From: Bacillota bacterium
GTDB lineage: Bacteria > Bacillota > Clostridia > Christensenellales > UMGS416
Length of the DNA: 62,262 nt
Direction of reading: 5' to 3'
Assembly (NCBI GenBank): GCA_023409755.1
Contig: JAEYRA010000148.1
Span: 1-62,262 of the forward strand
The position numbers and the translations under genes were made by a program. The number at the start of each line of letters is the position of its first letter. Within the stretch, counting starts at the first letter, position 1. The notes beneath the pieces were generated by a model, which saw only the letters and a program-made list of their open reading frames with translations, was not told the origin of the DNA and did not search any database. Positions 38,005-45,627 of this stretch are shown piece after piece.

Positions 38005-39141
38005 CTAATCGCCGCTGAGTACGTCAAAAATCGCGTTGTCAAACACCGTGGCCGCCCCGCCGGTGATGCCCGGGCAGGGGTTGACCGGCGGTGACACCCG
38101 TGTGCCAGGCAGGCCAGCCGCGCTGAAGCCGGCGTTCAGCCGCTGGTAGAGCACGTCACCAAGCACCTCCGGCACGATTCCGGCCAGTACGAAGTCGGGC
38201 ACGTCCAGCGCCACCGAGAGGTTGACCATCATCAGTGTCAGCGGCATTGCCAGATAGTCGGCAATGGCGGCGCGGCTTGCTTCGTCCAGCGGCATGGCCC
38301 GGTGGATGTCAATGCCGAAGCGCTGGCGGATGCCATTGAGGTTGACCACCTGCTCAACCCGGCGGGGCGGCAGGCCGGTCTGGGGCAGTTCGGTCAGCAT
38401 CTCGCCCACTTCACCGGTGCGGCCGTTGGTTCCGCGGCGCAGGGTGCCATCCAGCACGATGCCGCCGCCCAGCCCCGTGCCCAGCGACAGGTACACGAGG
38501 TCGTTGACCTCGCCCTGCTGACGGCGGCGGAAGAGCTCACCCACGCAGGCCAGGTTGACGTCATTCTCCAGGAAGTAGGGGAGGCCGACGGCATCAGTAA
38601 AATCTGGAAATATATCGGCGAAGGGCCGGCTTTCGTTGAGACCCATGGTGTGGTACTGCACAACGCTGGCAGAATCCGGGTCGATGATGCCGGGGAACCC
38701 GATGCCCACGCCCAGGATGGGGGACTGCTGGTTGCGGTCGCAGATCTGCCGGATGAGGGCGGCAGCTTCCTTGAGATCGGGGATCCCATCGCGCCAGGCC
38801 ACGTTCATGGCCGCTTGCTCAATGAGGTCGCCGTTCATGTTGACCAGCCCCACGCAGGCGTACTGCCCCTCAAAGAGCAGACCAATGGCACGGTAAGCCT
38901 CGGGGTTGAAGCGCAGCAGCTTCCCCTTGCGGCCCGGGGCGCTGGCGTTGGGGCGGTCGTCAGTCTCCTGCACAATGCCCTTGGCCATGAGGAAGTCGAT
39001 GATTTTGATGGCGGTGGGGAAGGACATGCCTGTATGGGTGCAGATGGCGGCACGCGTCAGCACCCCATGCCGGCGGAACAGGTCAAGCACCACCCGCCGG
39101 TTTTGCGATTTGATATAGGCTGGGAGATAGGAATCAGTCAT
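38005..39141 (-). CDS. ROK family transcriptional regulator
   Basis: N-terminal wHTH (RRVVLDLFRRHGVLTRAAICTHTGMSFPTAIKIIDFL) plus a ROK sugar-kinase-like fold, 378 aa. Confidence 0.85.
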   Translation of the reverse strand: MTDSYLPAYIKSQNRRVVLDLFRRHGVLTRAAICTHTGMSFPTAIKIIDFLMAKGIVQETDDRPNASAPGRKGKLLRFNPEAYRAIGLLFEGQYACVGLVNMNGDLIEQAAMNVAWRDGIPDLKEAAALIRQICDRNQQSPILGVGIGFPGIIDPDSASVVQYHTMGLNESRPFADIFPDFTDAVGLPYFLENDVNLACVGELFRRRQQGEVNDLVYLSLGTGLGGGIVLDGTLRRGTNGRTGEVGEMLTELPQTGLPPRRVEQVVNLNGIRQRFGIDIHRAMPLDEASRAAIADYLAMPLTLMMVNLSVALDVPDFVLAGIVPEVLGDVLYQRLNAGFSAAGLPGTRVSPPVNPCPGITGGAATVFDNAIFDVLSGD

Positions 39142-39241
39142 GTCATTCTCCCGAGTAATATTAAATAAAGTTTTATTTTACCAATTGTGGGTTGGAGGGG
39201 GAACTTTGTGCGATTTTCACGTTTCCCCACCAAACGCTGTC

Positions 39242-39270
39242 AGTATAGCACATCAATCTTGCGTCTTCAA
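39242..39270 (-). promoter_or_regulatory. Candidate promoter for the ROK regulator / catabolic operon
   Basis: On the minus strand: TTGAAG, 17-nt spacer, TATACT, within the AT-rich divergent region 39142-39371. Confidence 0.45.
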
Positions 39271-39371
39271 TGCTTCCATGGTATCATCAAGATGAATTAT
39301 TAAAGAAGGTTTAAAAAGACTGCGGCAATTGCTTGACATGGCAATTTGGCGTGGGGGATGGGGCGATTGCG

Positions 39372-40580
39372 ATGAAACAGAGCGAAACCGGCTTTCCCGT
39401 TCGGTTTTTTGTCTTCTATGTGGTGTACTATTCTTTTCAGGCCATCTACAACTCTTACACCAATTTATACCTGAACGGGATCGGCTTCAACCAGGCGCAG
39501 ATCGGCATGGCGGTTTCCATCGCCACGGGGACGCTGCTTCTCATCCAACCCCTGTGGGGGCTGGCAAGCGACCGCGCCCGGTTCAAAAACACGGTGCTCA
39601 AGATTCTGCTGCTCTCGGCTGCGGCGGCGGTGATGCTCTATCCGTTGGCGCAGCAATATTGGGGCCTGTCCAACACCTCGCCCTATGTAAAATACTGGCT
39701 GCTGCTGGGGGTGACGGCGATCTTCTCGGCCGTGTTCAGCCCCATCTCGCCCCTGCAGGACACCATCACCCTGGAGCACCTGGAGGGCAAGCGGTGGGAC
39801 TTCGGGCAAATTCGCCTGGGCGGCACGCTGGGGTATGCCTTCACCGTGCTGCTGACGGGCTGGCTGCTGCACGACAATTATTCCATCATCTTCCCGGTCA
39901 TCAGCGCGGGGCTGTTGGTGTGCTTTGGGCTATCGTTCCTGCTGCCGAAGGTCTCCGGCCACCGGCACGGCGCGCAGCGGGCGCCCATCCGCAAGATCTT
40001 TGCCAACGAGGCCATGCTTTGCCTCATCTTCTTTAACCTTGTCTATTCTTTATGCTCCAGTCTGTACTATAACTTTTATCCCATCTACTTCAGCGGCCTT
40101 GCCGGCGTGACCAGCACCCACATCGGCGCGCTCATGTTTGCCAGTGCCATTGCGGAGGTTCCCTTCCTCTTCTTCGCCAGCAAGTTTGTGGGGCGCTTCG
40201 GCATCCCGAAGATGCTGGTGGCGTCGGGGCTCATCACATCGGTGCGTTGGCTGCTGCTCTTCCTGCTGCAGAACCCCATTGCCATCATCGGCACGAACCT
40301 GCTGCACGGCCTGGGCTTTGTGGTCGTCAACTACTGCCTTGCGGTGTACATCAACACCAGCGTACCCAAGGAACTGCGAGCCACCGGCCAGACGATGATG
40401 GCCATGCTTGCGGCCATTTTCTCCCGGCTCATCTTTGGTTACCTGGGCGGCCTGGCGGCTGACTGGCTGGGCGCAGGGCGCCTGATGCTCTTCTCGGCTG
40501 TCGTCATGGTGGCGGGCACGGTGGCCTTCGCGCTGTGGTTCCGTTCCATCAACCGCAAGGCCGGGGAAGCCGCCATCTGA
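39372..40580 (+). CDS. MFS transporter
   Basis: About 12 predicted hydrophobic segments, 402 aa, start MKQSETGFPVRFFVFYVVYY. Divergent from the ROK gene. Confidence 0.85.
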   Translation: MKQSETGFPVRFFVFYVVYYSFQAIYNSYTNLYLNGIGFNQAQIGMAVSIATGTLLLIQPLWGLASDRARFKNTVLKILLLSAAAAVMLYPLAQQYWGLSNTSPYVKYWLLLGVTAIFSAVFSPISPLQDTITLEHLEGKRWDFGQIRLGGTLGYAFTVLLTGWLLHDNYSIIFPVISAGLLVCFGLSFLLPKVSGHRHGAQRAPIRKIFANEAMLCLIFFNLVYSLCSSLYYNFYPIYFSGLAGVTSTHIGALMFASAIAEVPFLFFASKFVGRFGIPKMLVASGLITSVRWLLLFLLQNPIAIIGTNLLHGLGFVVVNYCLAVYINTSVPKELRATGQTMMAMLAAIFSRLIFGYLGGLAADWLGAGRLMLFSAVVMVAGTVAFALWFRSINRKAGEAAI

Positions 40581-40596
40581 GCGGGCGCAAACCGCC

Positions 40597-40625
40597 TTTA
40601 CAGCCCCAGCGCGCCGTGCGATAAT
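40597..40625 (+). promoter_or_regulatory. Candidate promoter upstream of the GH38-like gene
   Basis: TTTACA (40597-40602), 17-nt spacer ending TGC, GATAAT (40620-40625). Confidence 0.5.
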
Positions 40626-40666
40626 GGGGCCACCAAACGGACAATCCCCTTTGTGCGGAGGAGATT

Positions 40667-43039
40667 ATGATGGAACATCGCATCAAAACGCTGTACATTG
40701 TCCACCACTCCCACACCGACATCGGCTACACCGACCTGCAGGAGCGCATCGTCGACGTGCAGGTGGAGCACATCCGTGCGGCCATCCGCGACCTCACCCA
40801 ACCTGAGAACCAGGAGTTCCGGTGGAACTGCGAGACCTACTTCTGTGTGGAGCGATTCCTGGAAGTGGCGAGCGTTGAGGAACGCCGCCAATTCTTCGCC
40901 CTGGCGCGGCAGGGGCGCATCGGCGTCTCCGCCACCTATTTAAACTTCAATGACCTGGTGGATGCCGATGTGCTGAAGCGCCGCACCGCTGAGATGGTCG
41001 GCGTCTTCGGCGGGGAGGATATCCCCGTGCGCACGGCCATGATTGCCGATATCAACGGCATCTCCATGGGCCAGCGGGATGCCCTGCTTGCCAACGGTGT
41101 GGAGTTCCTGTTCACCAACATCCACACCCACCACGGCATGTACCCCCTGTGGCGCAACCAGAACGCCTATTGGTGGGAGAATGCCGCCGGCCAGCAGCTG
41201 CTGGTGTGGAACGGCGAGCACTACAACCTTGGAAACGCTCTGGGCATCAAGCCCAACCGCATCAACTACTATATGGAGCGCAACTACTTCGGCGACCAGC
41301 ACCTCATGGATGGGGTGGAAAACCTGCATAAGAACCTGGAGCACTACCTCGCCGAGTGCGAGGAGGCTGGTTACCCCTACGACTTCATCGTGAGCGGCGT
41401 GTCCGGCGTGTTCAGTGACAACGCCCCACCCAGCCCCGAGATTCTGCGCACCATCGAGGCGTATCACCACCGGTATGGCGACGCTGTCCGGCTCCAGATG
41501 GTATCCCTGCAGGAGCTGTACGCCGCCATCGCCGACCGGCTGGGGGATCTGCCGGTCTACCATGGCGATCTCACCGACTGGTGGGCCAACGGCGTGGGCT
41601 CGGCCCCCGGTGCGGTCAAGCACTACCGCGCGGCCCAACGCATGTTCCGGCTGGCCAATACCCTGGACGACGGCCTGCGGGCCGGCTTCCCGGCCGTCAC
41701 CCGCGTGGTGGAGGACAATCTCCTGCTCTACGCCGAGCACACCTTCGGTCACTCGGCCACCGTGTCCAACCCCTATGAGACCCAGGTGCGCGACCTGGAA
41801 ATGCGCAAGTCGAGCTATGCCTCCAAGGCCCACGAGGGAGCGGCGAAACTTTTGAACCAGGCGCTGCTGCGGCGTGGCGGCACGCTGCTTTATTACAACA
41901 CCGACGGCATCATCCGTGCCACCAACGCCGGGTCTGCCGGCAGCCACCCGGTGGAGTTTTATGTGGAGACGATGACGCTCCCGGCGGTGCGAGTCACCAA
42001 CACCGGCACCGGCGATGAAATGACGGTGCAGCTCTCCACCCACCCGCGCGGGGTGCGCGTCACCTTTGTGGACGCCTTCGCCGCTGGGGAGAGCAAGGAG
42101 TACCGTTATGAGGAGCTGCCCGCGCCGCTCGTTACCCTCAATACCCGCCATGCCTTCGTAGGGGCCGAGCGGGTGCGCGACGTCGTCAACGACTTCGACC
42201 CCGAAACCTACCGCCTGACCAATGAGGTGGAGAACCCGTGGTTCCGCATCACCTACCGCGTGGGCAAGGGCTTCACGGCCTTTGTGAACAAGACGACCGG
42301 GCAGGACATGCTGGGCAGCGGCTTGGCACGGTTCTTCACCCCGGTGTATGAGCGCACCGAGCTGCGCCACCCTGCCTATGAGGAGCGGGCGCTGCTGGGC
42401 CGCAACATCCGCGGCGTCCACGCCGAGCAGTATGCCGGGGAGATGACCGGCGTGCGTTGCATCGACCAGGGGCCGGTGTTCACCACGCTGGAGTTCTCCT
42501 TCCGGCTGGAGGGGACGCGCCAGTGCTTCGTGCTGCTGCGGGTATACCGCACGCTGCCCCGGCTGGACTTCGCCCTGCGGCTCGCGAAGAATCTCTCCGA
42601 CGACATCGAGAGCGTTTACCTTCCCTTGGAGCTTAGCCTGCCCGGTCGGCAGGCTTGGCTGCGTAAAGGGGCCGAGGCCTTCCGCCCGGGTGTGGACCAG
42701 ATCCCCGGCACGTGCATGGAGTATTGGTCGACCGACGAGGGCGTGGCCTACCTCAATGCTGGGCAGGCGGTGCAGGTGTTCACCCCCGACACCCCCCTCG
42801 TCTACATGGGTGAGCTGCAGCACCACCCCATTGCCCTGTGCGATGGCAAGGAGGAGAATAACCGCCGTCCCGTCTGGTCGTGGGTGATGAACAACACCTG
42901 GGAGACCAACTTTCCGTTGGATCTGTCGGGCTTCTATGAGTTCAACTACCGGCTGGACCTGAGCGACGCCACCGATGCCGAGGCCTGCCTCGATGAGATG
43001 GCCGCCAAGTCCCTGGGCGTGTTCACCCATATGGTGTAG
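40667..43039 (+). CDS. Glycoside hydrolase family 38-like protein (alpha-mannosidase-related)
   Basis: N-terminal TLYIVHHSHTDIGYT resembles the GH38 metal-binding HSHxDxG motif. 790 aa. RBS GGAGGAG. Confidence 0.75.
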   Translation: MMEHRIKTLYIVHHSHTDIGYTDLQERIVDVQVEHIRAAIRDLTQPENQEFRWNCETYFCVERFLEVASVEERRQFFALARQGRIGVSATYLNFNDLVDADVLKRRTAEMVGVFGGEDIPVRTAMIADINGISMGQRDALLANGVEFLFTNIHTHHGMYPLWRNQNAYWWENAAGQQLLVWNGEHYNLGNALGIKPNRINYYMERNYFGDQHLMDGVENLHKNLEHYLAECEEAGYPYDFIVSGVSGVFSDNAPPSPEILRTIEAYHHRYGDAVRLQMVSLQELYAAIADRLGDLPVYHGDLTDWWANGVGSAPGAVKHYRAAQRMFRLANTLDDGLRAGFPAVTRVVEDNLLLYAEHTFGHSATVSNPYETQVRDLEMRKSSYASKAHEGAAKLLNQALLRRGGTLLYYNTDGIIRATNAGSAGSHPVEFYVETMTLPAVRVTNTGTGDEMTVQLSTHPRGVRVTFVDAFAAGESKEYRYEELPAPLVTLNTRHAFVGAERVRDVVNDFDPETYRLTNEVENPWFRITYRVGKGFTAFVNKTTGQDMLGSGLARFFTPVYERTELRHPAYEERALLGRNIRGVHAEQYAGEMTGVRCIDQGPVFTTLEFSFRLEGTRQCFVLLRVYRTLPRLDFALRLAKNLSDDIESVYLPLELSLPGRQAWLRKGAEAFRPGVDQIPGTCMEYWSTDEGVAYLNAGQAVQVFTPDTPLVYMGELQHHPIALCDGKEENNRRPVWSWVMNNTWETNFPLDLSGFYEFNYRLDLSDATDAEACLDEMAAKSLGVFTHMV

Positions 43040-43047
43040 CGGCCTTC

Positions 43048-43275
43048 GGCCTTTCGCGGTTGCCGCTGTGGCGACAGCCGCGATTCAGGCAACTTGTCCT
43101 TGACATGTGTGTCGCCCGCCGTACATGCCGCCGGGCGACATCGTAGCTTTCTCGCTCATGCTGTGTCTGGGAAACGATGTTCGCTTGTGGGCGGGTTTCT
43201 GTTTCCTGCCTGTGCCAGATACACTGTTCCTCCCGCCGAATGAATCGGCGGTCGGTTCGGGGTTGACCTCTTGAA
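43048..43275 (-). repeat. Copy 3 of the multi-hairpin intergenic element family (only minus-strand copy)
   Basis: The reverse complement carries CCGCCG-ATTCATT-CGGCGG+GAGG, CGC-CCACAA-GCG, ATGAGCG, GTCGCCCG-GCGGCATGTACGG-CGGGCGAC, CTGAAT and CGCGGCTGTCGC-CACA-GCGGCAACCGCG + AAAGG. Confidence 0.85.
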
Positions 43276-43292
43276 ACAGCTTTTTAGGTGTT

Positions 43293-43324
43293 GCGCCCGT
43301 CAGTTCCGCTGGCGGGCGTTTTTC
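43293..43324. terminator. Terminator-like hairpin between the GH38-like gene and pta
   Basis: GCGCCCGTCAG-TTCCG-CTGGCGGGCG followed by TTTTT, with an A-run on the other side. Confidence 0.6.
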
Positions 43325-43386
43325 TATGCGAAACTGCCGTTTACGGGTATAATGAGGGCAGAAACCGCGCGAAGGGGGTGCTGACG

Positions 43387-44379
43387 ATGGGATTTTTGGA
43401 ACGGATGATGGAGGAAGCCAAGGCCGACCGCAAACGCATCGTGCTGCCGGAGGCCGATGACCGCCGCACGTTGGAGGCTGCCTCGACCATTCTCCGCCTG
43501 GGGCTGGCGGATGTCATCCTGGTGGGGGACCGTGTCGAGGTGGCACGGGTGGGCGAGGGGCTGGAACTCGCTGGGGTGGAGATCGTCAACCCCGCCGAGG
43601 CACCCTGCCGGGAGACCTACGTGCAGGCGTTCTATGAGCTGCGGCGCGCCAAGGGCATGACCGAGGAGCTGGCGGCCCGCACCCTGGCCGACCCGGTGAC
43701 CTTCGCCACGATGATGGTGCGGCAGGGCGACGCCGACGGCATGGTGTCCGGCGCGGCGCACTCCACCGCCGACACCGTGCGGCCCGCGCTGCAAATCCTC
43801 AAGACCAAGCCGGGCATCAAGCTGGCATCGTCGTTCTTCGTGATGGAAGTGCCAAACCGGGAGTACGGGGCCGACGGGCTCTTTGTGTTTGCAGACTGCG
43901 GCCTGGTGGAGAACCCCACCGCCGAGGAACTGGCCCATATCGCCGTGCAGGCGGCCGATTCCTTTGCGGCGCTGGTGGGGGAGGAGCCGGTGGTGGCCAT
44001 GCTTTCTTACTCCACTTTGGGCAGTGCCCACAGTGACCAGACCGAGAAGGTGGCCCAGGCCGCCGCCCTGGCCCAAGAGCTGCGGCCGACCCTTGCACTG
44101 GATGGTGAACTGCAGGCTGACGCGGCCATCGTGCCTTCGGTGGGCCGCAGCAAGGCCCCCGGCAGCGCCGTGGCGGGCCGGGCCAATGTGCTGGTGTTCC
44201 CGGATCTCTCAAGCGGTAACATCGCCTACAAACTGGTGCAGCGGCTGGCCGGAGCACAAGCTTACGGGCCCATTTTGCAGGGCATTGCCCGCCCGGTCAA
44301 CGACCTCTCCCGCGGGTGCAGCGCTGAGGACATCGTCGGGGTTGTCGCCATCACGGCCGTGCAGGCCCAGCGGGGGTAG
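43387..44379 (+). CDS. pta: Phosphate acetyltransferase
   Basis: RBS AAGGGGG before MGFLERMMEEAKADRKRIVLPEADDRRTLEAA..., 330 aa, short Pta type. Confidence 0.9.
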   Translation: MGFLERMMEEAKADRKRIVLPEADDRRTLEAASTILRLGLADVILVGDRVEVARVGEGLELAGVEIVNPAEAPCRETYVQAFYELRRAKGMTEELAARTLADPVTFATMMVRQGDADGMVSGAAHSTADTVRPALQILKTKPGIKLASSFFVMEVPNREYGADGLFVFADCGLVENPTAEELAHIAVQAADSFAALVGEEPVVAMLSYSTLGSAHSDQTEKVAQAAALAQELRPTLALDGELQADAAIVPSVGRSKAPGSAVAGRANVLVFPDLSSGNIAYKLVQRLAGAQAYGPILQGIARPVNDLSRGCSAEDIVGVVAITAVQAQRG

Positions 44380-44382
44380 GGG

Positions 44383-45231
44383 ATGGCAACGATCACGCGG
44401 TTGGCCCCGGCCAAACTGAATCTGACGCTGGACGTGACGGGCTCCGCGCCCAACGGCTACCACACGCTGGACATGGTGATGCACACCGTGGACCTCTGCG
44501 ACACGGTGACAGTGGAGGACGCCGACGAGCTCACCATGCGCTGCCCCCAATGGCTGCCTGCAGGCCCCGGCAACCTGGCGTGGAAGGCCGCCGACCGGCT
44601 GCGGCAAGCGGCTGGAGTCACGCGGGGTGCCTGCATCACGCTGGAGAAGCGTATTCCAGCCCAGGCCGGCATGGGTGGGGGCAGTGCAGACGCCGCCGCG
44701 GTGCTGCTGGCCCTCAACGATCTGTGGGGGCTGGGCTGGACGGTGGAACGGTTGGCTGAGGCGGGCGTGACGCTGGGAGCTGATGTACCTTTTGCCTTGC
44801 GGGGCGGCACGGCGCGGGTCACCGGCATTGGCGAGCGGGTGGAGCCGCTTAAACCGGCGCGGCCCCTGTGGTTCGTGCTGGCCAAGCCCGAGGGCGGGGT
44901 GGACACCGGCGCCTGCTACCGCTGCTATGACGAACTGGGGGCGGAACGCCGCCCGGTGAACGACCGCTTTGTGCCGGCGCTGCTGGCCGGTGACCTTGCT
45001 GATATGGCGCGGTGGGGCGGCAACGCGCTGGAGCCAGCCGCGGTGGCGCTGCTGCCGGCGGTGGGGGAGCTGCTGGCGCGCCTTGCTGCCTGCGGGGGCG
45101 TGTACACCGCCATGACCGGCAGTGGCGCGGCGGTCTTTTCAACCTTCGCCAGCGAGGAGGAGGCCAGACGTGCTCTGGCTGCGCTGGGGCCAGTGCCCTG
45201 GTCGGCGGTGGCGCGGTCGTGGGCGGGCTGA
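44383..45231 (+). CDS. ispE: 4-diphosphocytidyl-2-C-methyl-D-erythritol kinase
   Basis: APAKLNLTLDV and the GHMP kinase motif GMGGGSADAAAV. 282 aa. Confidence 0.9.
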   Translation: MATITRLAPAKLNLTLDVTGSAPNGYHTLDMVMHTVDLCDTVTVEDADELTMRCPQWLPAGPGNLAWKAADRLRQAAGVTRGACITLEKRIPAQAGMGGGSADAAAVLLALNDLWGLGWTVERLAEAGVTLGADVPFALRGGTARVTGIGERVEPLKPARPLWFVLAKPEGGVDTGACYRCYDELGAERRPVNDRFVPALLAGDLADMARWGGNALEPAAVALLPAVGELLARLAACGGVYTAMTGSGAAVFSTFASEEEARRALAALGPVPWSAVARSWAG

Positions 45232-45347
45232 ATGGGGTTGCCGCAAGGCGTGAATGGAGGTTGATCTGAAGAATCCCCGTAGGGGTTTGTCAGACAGAAA
45301 AACCGGGACGCACATCTGGGTGTTGGCGCAGGCTGTCAAAAAATCGG

Positions 45348-45573
45348 CACAGGAAGAAATAGAGTGAGCCGAGCGCCGGTTCATCCGGCGGGAGGGAGCA
45401 ATTGTGGGCGTGAATACCAAATAAAATCCCGCCCGTAGGCGAAACGTATTTCCCCCAGAACCCGTATGGACGCTATCACTTGGTATCGTTCGGCGACATG
45501 TGCGGCGAACGATACGACGAAATGGGAACAAGCACTCTGAATCGCGGCTGTCGCAACAGCGGCAGACGCGAAA
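45348..45573 (+). repeat. Copy 4 (reference copy) of the multi-hairpin intergenic element family
   Basis: HP1 CGCCGG-TTCAT-CCGGCG (45374-45390) + GGGAGG; HP2 CGCC-CGTA-GGCG + AAACGTA; ATGGA; HP3 GTATCGTTCG (45483-45492) / 13-nt loop GCGACATGTGCGG / CGAACGATAC (45506-45515); GAACAAGCACTCTGAAT; HP4 CGCGGCTGTCGC-AACA-GCGGCAGACGCG (45543-45570). Confidence 0.9.
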
Positions 45574-45601
45574 AACCGGGACGCACGTCTGCGTCCCGGT
45601 T
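45569..45601 (-). terminator. Intrinsic terminator of degV (minus strand)
   Basis: AACCGGGACGCA-CGTC-TGCGTCCCGGTT. On the minus strand it is followed by TTTTTC, which overlaps the 3' end of repeat copy 4. Confidence 0.7.
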
Positions 45602-45627
45602 GCCGGTTCTCTGTGGTGTGCCTTGGC

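Noticed and set aside
39331-39362. TTGACA hexamer and the TTGC...GCAA / GCAATTGC palindromic pieces just upstream of the MFS start, as a promoter or ROK operator
   Set aside because: No acceptable -10 lies at the right spacing, and the palindrome is only partial. Support is insufficient to call a site.
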